Shown: positions 38,501 to 52,100, numbered from the whole stretch's first letter. The stretch: 63,940 nucleotides of DNA, filler included, from Rhizaria sp. SCN 62-66 (GCA_001724265.1; 5 parts of 5 records of this genome joined end to end with filler, not necessarily neighbours in it), one strand, 5' to 3'. Translations and numbers: made by a program. The notes: generated from the sequence alone by a model not told the origin.

Positions 38501-41500
38501 GTCACTGCGTATGTCTCCACTTACAATGATTGCACCTGTCAATAGTGCTATGAACATTGTTGCTGCGCCTGCCATTTCTATTGGCTCAATTCCGCCACGA
38601 AACCGCATCTTCCCGCGTGGGTTCTACATGGACGCTGCGCTGACGCCATTCTACGATCTCCCACAAGTTTCTGCCGCCGCTGCTGCGCCAAGCATGTCTT
38701 TGCTGTACGCAATCGCCTCTGATGGACTTTATGTTACTAAGCCTGATGTGGCTGTGTCGGCAACGACGCCGTCGACGTACGTGTATCCCCAGCTCGGCAC
38801 GCCTTCTGCTTGGAAGAAGCTTGCGCCAGTTGCAGGCGGTCGTGTGTCCTTCACAGTCGCACCTGACGACACGACTGTTGTATTGAACTACAACAACGTG
38901 CAGCTTACGATTGTTGAAACATCTTACGATGACACACTTGTCACTGCAGAGATCCCGCTTCCGCTGATCGACAAGAAGCCGATGTTTCCCTATACGATTG
39001 CTAACCAGTCGCCGCTGTTTGCTCCGATCATTCTTGGTTGGCAAGCCCGCAACAGCTTTACGGTGAGCACACCGACGGCAACCGTAGTGCTTCCTGTAGG
39101 TGGTGCTTTGCACGTTTTTAGTTTCACTTCAGAGGGTCAGTCGAAGTATCTGCGCACTGAATACCCCCTGGGTGAGACCAGCACGATTACATCCGTCGCT
39201 TCAATTCCTGCCGCGCTCGCGTTTGTGGTATGCGGTACTATTCCCAGCGTAGCTGGTGCGCATTGCGTCACCGTTAAGCAAGCTCTCGGCGCTGTAGCGC
39301 TCACTACTTCTGCGCGCATCTCTGTAGACTCCCGGGCAGGCGTTGTCATCACTGCCACTGACTTGTGTCCGGTTGGTTATAACGGACTGGCGCTGGACGC
39401 TTGCTTTTTTGCCACCGTTCGTAATGCTGATGCAGATGCTCCTGCTAGCACGATCTATCGTGTTTCGCTTGGGACGATTATCAGTGTAACGCGCGCGGCA
39501 TTTGTGACAGGAACTCATATTCTTGACATTAAGCTGACATCCTTTGCCAACCAGATCATTATTCTGCGCAATAACCCCAACGTAGTCCCCCTTGTCTCTA
39601 TCGCAATTCAAGTATTGTCTCGAGTAAGTGACAGTTGGGTCTATGAATCAAGTGGCAATCTTAATCACGTTTACTTCACTCTTCCTTCTTCAGAAACAAC
39701 AGCATCACTGCGCAATCTTCCGATGATTGTTGCCTCTGGGGACCGCGAGTCGTTCATTGTTGTTGCAGGTAATGCTGCCACGTGGCGCTCCCTTAAGGCG
39801 CTGCCCATTCTTAATAACGTTATCGCGTTAGCGCCGACGGCATCTGCAGTCACTGTTCAGTTCTCACGTGCATCAACATCGCATCAAGTTTTATTTGCGA
39901 GTAACACCTTCACATCGACGCTCACACTTGCAGGCTCACTCTATAACGGCTCTGATTTGACTCAGACATTGCGGTCATCAACTGGCGTTAACGAAGTCAG
40001 CGTCTTGCTGCCATTGACTGCGGCAGCGCCGTGGTACGTAGCTGACGCGCTGTCACCGTATTCGGCAGCGCTTGCCTTTGGTGTCCACCCCACGAACACT
40101 GGCACCAAAGCCATTGAGTTGTCTTCGCACTTGCGCATGGTGACAACTCTTCCCAATGTTGCTGGCTTTGTCGCAGCGTCGGACGTTATTCTCCCGGAGA
40201 AGACTTGGTTTGGCGGCGTGGTGCCGACGCTTGTAGGCAGTTACATTGCTGACCCGATGCTGGGCCGTGGCACGACGACGACGTGGAGCGTGTGGTTTAC
40301 TTCGCCTGACACGCTACACACTGCCGCGACCTGGTCGTTAGCACTGCGCTATGCCACCATTGCGCAACAAGTTGCCACAATCTATGCCACTAACGCCAAC
40401 TGGTCCGTCTCCGTCACTTGCACCCCTGGATTTGTCGGTAAAGTCTCGTGTGCGCCGCGCGCCTCCGCAGTCACCGACGTCGCTGCCAACACACCGCTGT
40501 TGTTACGTCTTGATCTTGAGGTCACGCTTATTTCTTCAGCTGATCTTCAAACAACTTCGCTCTCTGGCAGCAACCCGTATAGTCTGATGAGCGTCACGCG
40601 CGGCGCAATGACTGTGCCTACACAGCCTTATAGTTACGTGCGTCCTGCTGTAAAACCTGCCGGGTACTTTGGATACTCACATCGTGCCCCTCTTGGTGCA
40701 TACTTTCCAAGCTATGCTGCCCAAGTGAGCTGGTACGCTAACTCTGAGGATGCTTTGTGCTATACTTTTGCACGCGATGTCTCTGGTTGCTACCACTTTG
40801 CGCACAGCAGCACCGCAATTACCGGCGACTGGGTGGCTGCGCGCAATAATGCTTTGGCACCAAACCCGACAATGCCTTCAGCATACGGACCTCAGGGCAC
40901 GCTTGTGAGCCTAGTCACAGAGACTCGCACAAGCAGCAAGGTCAGTATTATGCGCTTTACAGCGCCTGACCCCACAGCTGGCCCGCCTACGACAAACGTG
41001 CTTCAGAGCTTTCTTGATCTTCCCTTTGACCCTGATATGTTTGCTTTCCGTCTTGGCGCCAGCGGTGCTGCATACATGTACGTTGTATCATCTTCGGAAC
41101 TTACTGGCGGGCTCGTCATTGTTTACAATGATGCTTACGAGGTTGTAATGCTCGCTCGTATGAACCCACGCACAATGCGTGCCTCAGGCACCGACAATGT
41201 TCTGACTGATGAGCTTTACAAGCGCTTTGACATGCCGATTCAGTTTCATGGCAAGGCCGCAGGCGACCGTATTGTCGCTACATTTGATTGGACTGCACCC
41301 AGGTCACTCTCAAACTTCTCGCAGCCCACCACGCGTGTTGTTTTTGTGTATGCATCAGGTTTGGTGCGCGCGTGTGTGGCCAACCTTCGTGAGAGCTCTG
41401 CTGCAGCCAACCGCGGCACTGCTTCATTCACTGCTGACAGCGCGCGCTTCTCCTGTGCGCAAGCCGACGGCGCGACCACGCATTGGGTTACGAGCAGCGA

Positions 41501-41908
41501 CGGGACAGTACTTACGCCAACTTCTGCAGCTCTTGCCATCTCCAACGGGGTTGCGTACATCGGCACTGAGGAGAGCGTTATCGTTGCTCTGAAACTCTCG
41601 TCATCGACTGGCGCCGTTGTTATTACAGTCAACCCTGTTCCGAGTCTCTCGACGGCCTGTCCCATCGCCTCACTCGCAGTTCATCCGTCAGGGCGCATTC
41701 TGACTGCGGCCTGCGCCGACTCTGGTGCGCTTCTGAACATCCGCGTCCTGCACAGCGAAGACCTGAGTCGCTACATTCTGCGCAGCGATCAAACTGTGGG
41801 CTGCATGGTACACGTGCCGGCTGAGCCCACGCGCGACTTCACAAATGCAGATCGGCTAGACTTACTTTCTGAGAGCGTTGACTCGTACCGCTACTTCACC
41901 TATGACGC
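29508..41908 (+). CDS. Giant secreted/surface Ser/Thr-rich beta-type protein (>4130 aa, 3' partial) with four in-frame TAG codons
   Basis: Signal peptide MCAFSRALRALLTLSTLIFVFILVLG. ORFs 29487..30986, 31248..36746 and 36795..41960 are one reading frame interrupted only by TAG at 30984, 31002, 31170 and 36744. Composition is uniform across the junctions. Confidence 0.8.
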
Positions 41909-42008
41909 NNNNNNNNNNNNNNNNNNNNNNNNNNNNNNNNNNNNNNNNNNNNTTAATTAATTAANNNNNNNNNNNNNNNNNNNNNNNNNNNNNNNNNNNN
42001 NNNNNNNN
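41909..42008. other. Artificial contig linker
   Basis: N-run with TTAATTAATTAA. Confidence 0.97.
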
Positions 42009-42359
42009 GTTGAAGGTCGCGCTGGTGCGGCGAGCGAGGAACTTGTACAACTTCACGAGGAGGCGAACGTACACGTTCTCCGTCTTGGGGTTGGTGCGGA
42101 CACCCTTACGGATGCGGCCGCCGGCCTTGAGATCGATACCCTGTGATTAGACAACGGAAAACACGCATTTTAATAAAGGACAGACATAGTGAGCTACATG
42201 ATCGCGCATAAGAAGGACTAAAGGAAGGTCGAGCTTGCAGAGTGGACGCCCTTGGGAACTGGTCCACGCGGGTTGCATTGTACAACACCCCCGCGAGTTT
42301 GCACGCCATTTTGAAATAAGTAAGACATTCTAGACGAAACAGAAAATACAACGTACCAT
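42009..42359 (-). CDS. RPL18: 60S ribosomal protein eL18 (5' partial) with a start-codon intron
   Basis: ATG at 42359-42357, intron 42356..42141 (GTACGT..CTAATCACAG), then [44 protein letters not shown]. Absent from the ORF track. Confidence 0.93.
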
Positions 42360-43188
42360 GTTACTAGATAGCCTATCGCAAATTCGACGAGAACCGTCCT
42401 TCTCCCCGAGACCTCACTGGGCTTGGGGGACGCCGCAACCCCGCCGAGTCCCGTCAATTTTCTGGGCAGATTTTCTACGAACCGGGCGTGCCAAAAATCG
42501 TAACACCACAGTCGCTGTGTGGACGGTACAATTTATTTGAACCGAGGGCATGTAAAGGGCGATATTGGTTCAGAAATTTGTGGGCTGTAACAATTTTTTG
42601 ATTTGTATCTGCTGGCTGGCGAGCGGCCGCTATTATTTGTTGTTTAGTGACTTAAACTGGGGTGCTTCAGCCGTGCCCGTCGAGGAAGCAGTGGACATTC
42701 CGAGCCGCATGCTCCACGCCCGCCTCTGGACACCGCATTTGTCCGTCTGCCGCACTACAAAACACTCTTTATGTTGCAACGTGCTAACAACTCCCGCGCT
42801 GCACGATCTAAATCCCTTCGGTGTTGGATTGTCGCTACATACTTGTCTTCAAACTTCTCTCCGTGCCCCCCCTACATTCGCACTCGCTACTGCCCTTTCT
42901 GCTCTCTTTCTACTCCCACATTCTCTATCTGTGTCATTCACACTCCATAACGTACACTGCGCCACGCTTTTTACTGTACATTACCGTAGGCTTTTGCCCC
43001 GTTTCCGGACAGGACTCCTTTATCTTCCCGAAGTACTCCAGCCCCCCCGAAGCGGCAACTCCACCCCCCTTTGCTCTTCCGGCTCTCTCGGCCTCGCTCC
43101 CGCTTTTGCGCGCTTTCCTCCACCTGCGTCAACCGACTGCCCGTGCTTTTCACCGCGCGCTCCCCCCGCCGCAGTTCCCCGCCGCCGC

Positions 43189-46100
43189 ATGCAAGGCATG
43201 TACTCGCTCGCGGCGCTCTCCGCGGAGAACGCGCGTCTCCACGAAGCGCTCCGGGCCCTCACCGCCGCCAACGAGTCTCTCTTGCAGCAGACCCAGCAGC
43301 AGCAGCAGCCGCAGCAGGGCCAGCAGCAGCTCCCCGCGCTCGACGCCCCTGCGCCGGGCCTGCTTGCTCTCACACACGCCAAACCCGCCTCCGCCTCCGC
43401 CTCCGCCTCGGCTCTCGAGCCCGACGCCGAAACTGCGACGACTCCTGCGTCTGCTGCCACTGCCGCTGCCAGCATCTCCGGGCTCATTGGCGCCGCGGCA
43501 TCGGCCGCCGGCGGCAGCAGCGGCAGTGGCGCGCGCCGCCTGCGACCCCCGTCCCTCACTACGACCGCCGCGGCAGACGGCGGCGGCGCCGGCGGCGGCG
43601 CCGCTGTGCCCGTCGTCGTCGTCGCGACCGCGGCGGCCGCGGACGCGGACCTCGTCGACGTCGCCGACGTTGATGACGCCTTCCCGGTCGCCGGCGCTGT
43701 TACTGGCGCCGGCGCCGGCACCGGCGCTGGCGTCCACGCCAACGTCAGCCCTCGGAACGCGCTCAGTCCCGCTCCCAGCAGCTCTGCCAGCACTAGAACT
43801 AGCGGCAGCGCGGCCGCGAGCGAGCCGCACATCAGCATCCCGCTCTACATCACCTTCCTGCGCGCGCTACTGCCGCCCGGGGACGCGGCCGCGCTGCCCT
43901 CGGCCACCGCCGTCGCCGCCGCCGTCGCCGCTGCCGTCGCCGCCGCAGCTAACAGCAACAGCAGTAACAACAGTCACAACACGTACGGTAGCAATGCCAG
44001 TGCCAGTGGCTACGGCTACGGCGCCCACCCGAACGGGCCCATCGCCGCCCCTGCGTCGACGACTGGGACCAAGACGTCGAGCACGTTCTCCTACCCCGTC
44101 GTCGCAGCCGCCAGCAGTAGTCGCAGCCAGACAAGCAGTAGCCACTCAAGCAGCAGTGCGAGCGGCAACTGCGGCTTGACTTCCGCGGCCGACGGTCTGC
44201 CCTCGACGGGCAGCGCCAGAGGCGTGTTCTCCTACCCCCAGGCGCCCTCGCCCACCACGCACAAGAGCACTAGCGCTGGCATTAACAACGGCGCTAGTTC
44301 GTCGAGCACGAGCCCGCGCACCCTCGCTCTGGCGGCGCAGCCCGCGGCGGCGGCCGAGACGGGCTACCTGTTCCCCCGCCTGCCCGACACGCTGCCGCAG
44401 CCCGTGGCCGTGCTATGGATGGCGCTCACGGCCACGCTCGCCTCCTCGGCGCTGCCGCACAAGACCGCCGCGGCCTCCGCGGCCTCCACCGCGGCCTCAG
44501 CCGCGGCCAACAGCTCCAGCGCCAACGCCGCCGCCACGGCTTCGGCCTCGGCGGCCGCGGCTGCGGCGGCTGCGGCGGCCGCGGTTGCCGCCGCCAACGC
44601 GACCAAGGGCGGCGCGAGCGCTGACACCGAGGCTGACGCGACGGGCGGCAACACCAGCGGCGACGACGACGATAACGGTGAAGACGACGACGACGTCCAC
44701 GGCAGTCTCAAGACGGCCAAGAGCTCCTCGTCGACCAGCATCGCCTTCGACTACAAGCGCAGCGGCAGCGGCAGCGTTTCGCGGGGCAGCGCGCACGGCA
44801 GTAGGCACGGCAGCGCAGTCAAGCTGGGGCTGAGCGTGAGCAGCGCCCGGCGCGCGCGCGTGCTCAAGTACGACCACGACGACGCCGAGGACGTTTTCCT
44901 GTCACTGCTGTCGCGCCCGCGCGCGCTCAAGCGCAAGATGAAGCACAACAAACAGCTGCTCGCGGCCTTCGAGCACGGCCCACAGTCATCCTCGAGCTCA
45001 CAGTCGCAGGAGCAGGGCGGTCCACAGTCAGTCGCGGGTGCGGAGGCGATGTTCAGCACTCTGCCTGCGCTGTCGTCGCTCGCCAACATGCTGTCGTCAC
45101 TCTCTAACAACAACAACAACAACAAAAATAACAATACCAACTCGGTGAATGCGACTGCGGTGGCAGCGCTGACCACGGTCGTCGCTGCCGCCACTGCGAG
45201 CGCCGTGAAGGCCGCCAACAACAGCAACGGCAACGGCAACACCGCCAATGCGGGCGACAGCGTGAACATCCACGCTAAGTACCTGCAGTTGCTCAACACG
45301 CACCTCAGCACAAACCTCGGACTATCGTCGTCGTTTTTCCCACACGTCCTGCCGTCCCTCACCGGCAACGCGACTGCGAGCATCGGCAATGCCAGCGCTC
45401 CCACCAGCCCCACGTCCGCCTCCGCGGCGATCGCGACCGCTACTGCGAGTGCGGGCGCCGCCAACACGGCCGCGCTGTCCCCGTTCCCGCTCTCTCTGGC
45501 GCGCGCGCTGCCGCCTATCGCGCTGCCCCCGGCCCTGGCGCGCTCGTTGGGCATCCCGCAGTACATCGTGCCCCTCTCCGCGCTCGCGCAGCACCAGAGC
45601 GGCGGCGTCGGCTGCCCCGTCGGCGGCGGCGCTGCTGGTGCCTCTGCCACTGCGATGACGCCGTCGCAGATATGCGCGGCGCGCATGGCGGCCGCAGGCG
45701 TGCACATGCCTGTCCCGCTGGCCATGCCCGTCGCTGCGCCCGTGCCGCGCGTGCTGTTGCCGTCGTTCCCGCTGCTCGTCGGCTCCGTCGTCGAGTCGCT
45801 CCTCATCCTCGTAACCGCCGCCTCCGCCCCCGTCTCCACCAATAGTAGCAGCTCCCACAGCAGCAGTGACAGCACTCAGCTTGTGTGTGCGAATGCAAGT
45901 GCTGCTTCTTCTTCTTCCGCGGGCTCTGACAGCGGCCGCAATGTTGCGGCGACCGTCGCGGCCGTCACCCACACGTGTCGCATCCTGGCGTCGCTGCCCC
46001 TGACCCTCATCCAGTCTCAGTCGCAGTCGGCTGGCGCTCGCGCTGCTGCTGCCAGCTCTACCACTGCTTCTGCTGTTGCCTCTAGCAGCAGCAGCACCGA

Positions 46101-49100
46101 CGGCGGCGTCGTGTTCAACAACGTGCACGGCCAAACGAGCGCGGGCGCCACGGCCAGCTCCGCCACGGGCGCCGCCGTCTCGGCTGCGGCGCGTACGCGC
46201 GCATACTTCCTGCCACCGCGCCCGCGCCCGTCGCGCGCCTCCGTCACTGCCTACCACCGCTCGCTGCTGGCGGCGCTCGCGGGCGTGCTGCGCCGCACGC
46301 TCGGCGGACAGGTCTACATCACGGGCGATCTGGCGCTCAAGACGCGCCGCGCGGCCGCCGTGGCCGACGACGGCGCCGAGGGCAGCGGCAGCGACAGCGA
46401 CGTGCAGGCCATGCCCGTGCCCGGCGCCGTCGCCGCGCACGGTGCCGCCAAGGCGCGCGTTGGTGCCAGGGCCCGCGCGCGCGCCCGCGTCCGCAGCGCC
46501 GCCGCCGCGGCCGCCGCGAATGCAGCGGCCAGTGCGAGTGGCAGCTTGAGTCCTGTTTCCAAGGTTGACGTCGCTACGTTCAACAGCAGCCTCGTCGCGG
46601 AGGACAGCAACGCTACTGAGGACGAGGACAACGGCCGTGCCGGCGGCGACTGCGGCGGTGACGACGACAGCGACGACATCGCCGAGCAGCACTACTACAA
46701 GCACGACTGCAACGGCAACAATCCTCGCTCCAGCTCTGGCTCTAGCTTTGGTGTCTGCTCCGCATCGTCTTCCCAGTCAGCCTCTGCCTCCGCTTCCGCC
46801 TATGTGTCCCCGTACCCGCTGTCGGCGATCCCGCCCGTGCCGCTGGAGCTGTCCCTGTTCCTGGCCCGTGGCGCCGAGGGCGTGTGGATGCGCCGCACCG
46901 CGGGTGTGCTCTGCTCCGAGGTCTGGTTTGCGGGCGAGTCGCGTGCGCGCATGACCGTGGGCGCCTACGCGCGCACGCGGGCTGCCGTCGCCGACGCCGT
47001 CATGTGGCTCACCGAGCAGGAGAAGGGCCGCCACGAGCGCACGTTGAGTCACCGCGGCTTCGGTTCGCGTCTCAGCGATGACGACGACGAGGCTGATGAC
47101 GCTGATAGAGATGCTGAGAACAAGGCAAACGACGACGAAGATGGCGATGAGGCCAAGGCCTTGTCTGCGACGACTGCTGCCGCCGCTGCTGCCATCGCCA
47201 GCGCCCTCACCAACGACTCCAACGCTCTCACGACTGTCGCTAACAACAACAACAACAATAGTGCTGAGATCGACGTGGTTGTGACCACCCCCGGCGGCCT
47301 CGCCAGCGCCAGCGGCCCCAGTGCCGACGCCGTTGCCAACGGCGCCGCCGCGGGCGCGAACACGAGCGCCGCTGCGAACGCGGCTTCGGGGGGCAACAGT
47401 AACAGCAACGCGCCTGCGCCGTCGTCGGTGTCGCTGGCACCGTCGTCCATCTCGCTTCTGCCGACGCCACCGCCTCTGTCGGTGCTGCGGTCCGCACACG
47501 CCGCGGCGCACGCCACGCGCATCTCGCGTTTCAGCGCGCTGCTGACGCTGCCGCTGCCGCCGCGCGCGCGCGCCGCCGCCGCTGCCATGGCCGCCGCGAT
47601 TCCAGCCGAGGATGAGTGGCAGAGCTTCCTCCGCTCCGCCGTCTGCCCGCTCTCCTCGGCATCCTCCACTGCGTCCTCTGCAGCGCCTCCCAGTCAGGAG
47701 AGCGGTGAAGGCGCCGGCGAGCTGGGACTGCGGACCCCTTACGGGCGCGTCGGCATCAGCTCGCCCGCGGGCGCGCTGGCCGTGGCGCGCTGTCTGCTCT
47801 CCCAGTCGGGCATCATGGATCCGCGCGGCTACACGCTCAACGCCCTGCACTCGGCCGCGACCGCCGACGCCGCCGCGGCCGCGACCGCCGCCGCCGCCGC
47901 CGCCGCGGTGGCCGCGGCCGACGCCGAGTCCGAGGCTGCGCTCGCCGAGGCCGTCGTCGGCCACGGCGGCTGCTGCTCGCCCACGACCGCGAGCGCCATG
48001 GCGACCGGCGCGGCCGAGGCCGAGGCGGCGGCTGCGGCTGCGGCGGAGGCTGCTGAGGCCGCGGCGATGGGCATCACCCCCGACGCGGCCTGGTCGGCCC
48101 TCGCCAACGCGCTCGTGCCGCCCTGCTTGCGCCGCTACGGCAATGCCGCCGCGAACGCTACCGCTGCTGGTGCCGCCGCTACTGCCGCCGCTGCTGCTGA
48201 GGCCGTGGAGTGCGACGGCCACGGCTGCGGCTGCGCGGCCGACCGCCGCCGCCGCCGCCAGCGCGCCCGCCTCTCGCAGCCTCGCAGTGCCGACTCGCAC
48301 ACGGGCGCCGAGTCCGACTCGTCCGGTCTGACCGCCGAGGCGGCGGCCGCGGTGGAGGCAGACGCGCTGAGCCTGCTGCCGCCGCGCAGCCAATGGCCGC
48401 GGCTGGGCGAGCTGCTCGGCGTGCCCTGGCTGCCCGCGGTGCTCACGGCCACCGTCGCCGCGCGCACCGCCGCCGCGCTCGCCGCCGCCACGGCCGCCAC
48501 AACCACTGCCGTGACGGCGGTGGTTGAGAGCGCCGGCGCTGCCGCGATCGCTGCGACCGCTGAAACTGCTGAGGCCGCGGCCGCGGACAGCGCTACCGCG
48601 GTCGTGGCCGCCGCCGACGCCAGCACGCTCGGCCACGGCCACAGCTGCAGCCGCAGGCGCCGCGGCGCGCGCGTGGGCCCGCTCGGCGTGGGGGCGTTCG
48701 AGTCGGTCTGCGCGTCGCTGCTGGCGTCGCTGCAGCCGGCACTGACGACTCCGCCGCCCGTGCCGTCGCCCGCGTACCACAACATGATCATCACGCTGCC
48801 GCCGCTGCCCGCGCCCTCGAGCCTCCCGCAGCCGCAGCCGCACGCCAACGCGAACTCACAGTCGCAGTCGAACTTCGCGAGTGCGACCAGTGGCAGCTCT
48901 ACCGTGACCGCGCCCGCTGGCAGCCTCGCTTCCCCTACGTCGTCGACGGCACCGCTGCGGTCGAGCGTGTTCCCCAGCTCTGCCACGCCCAGTCTGTGCG
49001 CCATCGGCGCCGTGTCGCGCCAGCACCTGCCCGAGACGCGCCTCAACCTGCGCGCGTCGTCGCTCAGCTCGCTGAGCGGCACGGCGCTGTTTGAGGCCGC

Positions 49101-52100
49101 TGACGGCGGGATCGGCCGCTCGCACCTGCTCAAGCAGGCGTACGCGCTCGCCGTGCTATGGCTGCGCCGCTGGGGGCTGCTGTGCGGCGGCGGCGAGGCC
49201 GAGGCCGAAGCCGCGTGGGCCGCCAGTATGCACGCCGAGGTGCTTGAGGCGCACCCGCTGCTGCTGCTCTCGGCCGCGCTCAGCTTCACGTCCCCGCACG
49301 CCGCGCACGATGCCTCGAACAGCATCTACAACAGCGCTGCGGCGACGCTGCCCGGGCTCTGCGCGGTGTTGGCGGGCGCGACGGATGCCTCGGCCGCCGC
49401 GCTCGCGGCCGCTGTGGGCGTGGGCGCCGGCAAGAGCTCTCATAACCACGGCCGCGCTGGCGTTATGGCGAGCGACGAGAGCAAGGCCGACGGTTACACC
49501 GCCGCCGAGGCCGAGACCGAGGCGGACACCAAGGCGGAGACCGAGTCTGGATCGGGCTCCGACGACGGCGAGGCGCAGGTGTTCGTCAAAACGCGCCGTT
49601 CGCAAGCCGTCGTGATCCCCGGCGCCGGCGCGGCCTCCGCCCAGGCCAGCGCGGCCGCGGCCGCGACGCCCATGTCGGCCAGCGACGCCGTCGCCCCGAC
49701 CACCGCGGCCGACAGCGTCTCCAGCAGCGGCGTTAAGGCGACGCGCGACTCGGCTGTGTTCCCGTTCCACTCCAGCAGCACGGGCGCGCCCGCGAGCGGC
49801 GACAGCGTTCCCGGCGCGTTGAGCCCCTACCCCGCCAGCGACGGCGGCGCCTCCACGGGCACGGTCCTCGCCTCGCCGCTCACGCCGCAAGCGCCGGTCG
49901 CAAGCAACGGCGGTGGCGCGCTCTCGGCGGCGGCGGCGGGCGCGGGGGGCTCCAGTGCGAGCGCGTACGGCTACCGGCCCGCGCACAGTCCCTTCGCCGC
50001 TTCTCTCTATAACAGCAACAACCACAGCAGCAGCGCCGCAGCGCACCCCCAGGGCGGAAGCCACGGCCCAGGCGCCCAGCAGCAGTCCTCCGCGGCCGCC
50101 GCGCAGTCGGGCGTGCCGAGCCTTGACCTGGACTCGCTGCCGCCGATTCCGGCCCCATTCGCGCCACTCGCGCCGTCGGCCTTTGCGGCCTTCGCGGGCC
50201 CCACGGGCACCAGCGCCTCGGTTACCGTGGCCACCGCCGCCGCCGCCGCCGCCGCGACCGCGGGCTCGCCCGCCGGCGTCACACTGCCCACTGGCGTCCC
50301 CACGTCGTTGGTCCGCACGCTTCTGCTCTACATCTTCAACACGGCCGCGCCGCCGCCGTCGCCGCTGCACGCGCTGCTGGCGCTCATCACGACGCTCGCC
50401 ACCACCGACTGGCGCGCCGTCGCGCTCACAGTCGCCGGCCCCATCGAGCGCGCGCCCTGGGAGCGCGCGTGCCGGCTCGTCCCGCTGCCGCCCGCGCTTG
50501 CGCCCTTCGCCACCGCGGCCATCGCCGCGCCCGCGCCCTCCGGCAGCTCCAGTATCACTGGCGGCAGCAGCAGCAGTGGCACCAGCAGCAGCAGCGCGAC
50601 TGCGGGCCCGGGCAGCTCTCGCACCACCGCTCCCAGCGTCGCTGTTTCCGCGGCGAACAACAACAACAACACTGTGCCCGCCGCCGCTGCCGCCGCGAGC
50701 GCGAGTGCGGCACCGGTGGCGCCCCCCGCGGCGCCGCTGATTACGCGGACGCTGCTGGCCCCCTTCGCGCTGGGCCCCGGCTCGGGCGGCGCGACTGCGG
50801 CCCCTGCGCACGCGCTCGTGTCGGCCGCGGCGACCGCGGCGGCCGCGGGCGTGCTGGCCGTCACCTCGCACTGCCACGGCGAGCGCGAGAAGGCGCGGCT
50901 GCTGCGCGGCCGCGGGCGCGTCCTGAAGCGCCGGGCCGCGAAGCAGCAGCAGCAGCAACAGCAACAGCAGCTGAAGCTGAAGCAGAAGCAGGGAGACGAC
51001 TCTGACTCGGCGTCCGCGTCTGCGACTGTGAGGGCCCGCAGCGACGCGGACGAGGAGGAGGCCAAGACCGGCGGCGACGGCGAGAGTGACAATAGTGAGA
51101 GCGAGGACGCGTGCTTCGACGCAGAGGCAGACTCCTGGCTCCGGATCTGGCTCCACGTGCCCGCCTGCGCGCACGCCTGGACGCCGCAGCAGGAGTCCCC
51201 CGCTGGCCGCCATAGTAACGAGGCGGGCGACGCGAAGCTTGTGTGCGGGTGGCCCGCGCCGCAGCCGCCGCAGCTGCTTTCTCAGGAGGAGTATCTCACT
51301 TTCATCACCACTCCGTACAGCGTTGCCCAGCAGCAGCAACAGCAGCAGGCTGCTGCAGACGCAGCCAACTCTGCGGCTGACGCTGCTGCACCTAGCTCTC
51401 CCGCGCCGAGTGGCACGCATGACGCGCTCCTTAGCGTGTCGGCGGCCAAGCTGGGCTTTCGCCAGTCCGGCATGGCTGCGACCGCGGCGACGACCTTGTC
51501 TGCCGCCGCTGTCACCGGCTTCGACGTCCTGCGCGCCGCGAGCTCCTTCTCGAACTCCAGTGGCACTGGCGCTGGCTCTGGCTTAGGCTCTGCCTCGGCG
51601 AGTGCCGGTGCATCGACCCCTCAGCAGCCCCAGCACCATTCCCAGCAGCAGCAGCCGCAGCAGCAGTCGTCGTCGTCGTCGTCGTGCCCGCTTGCGCCGG
51701 CGATGATCGCCGCCGCCTCGGTGATTGCATCGTCCCCGGCATCCTCCATGGTCATGGTCGACCCCCTGGACGGCAACAACAACCAGGCCCTTGCGCTCAC
51801 CCCGGCGACCGTGCGCGCGCTCATCTCCGTCGCGCGCCACTGCATGCACAGCGTCGCGCACGCCGCGGCACAGACCTTCGCCACCGTCACGCCCGCCGCC
51901 TCCGCGCCCAGCTCGTCCTCGTCCTCGTCCTCGTCCTCTGCTGCGGCTGTGGGCCTCGCGGGCCACAGCGCGAGCGGACTCGGCCCGAACCCCCTGTCGC
52001 CCGGCTCGCCCGGCGCGGCCGGTGGCAGCGCGTACAACAGCAAGGCGCGGACGCAGACGCCGACCTCGCAGTCGCAGCGCATGCACGCGCGCACGCACTC

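Noticed and set aside
42565-43188. Upstream extension of the 4424-aa ORF
   Set aside because: TTG start and pyrimidine-rich UTR-like sequence; ATG 43189 preferred.
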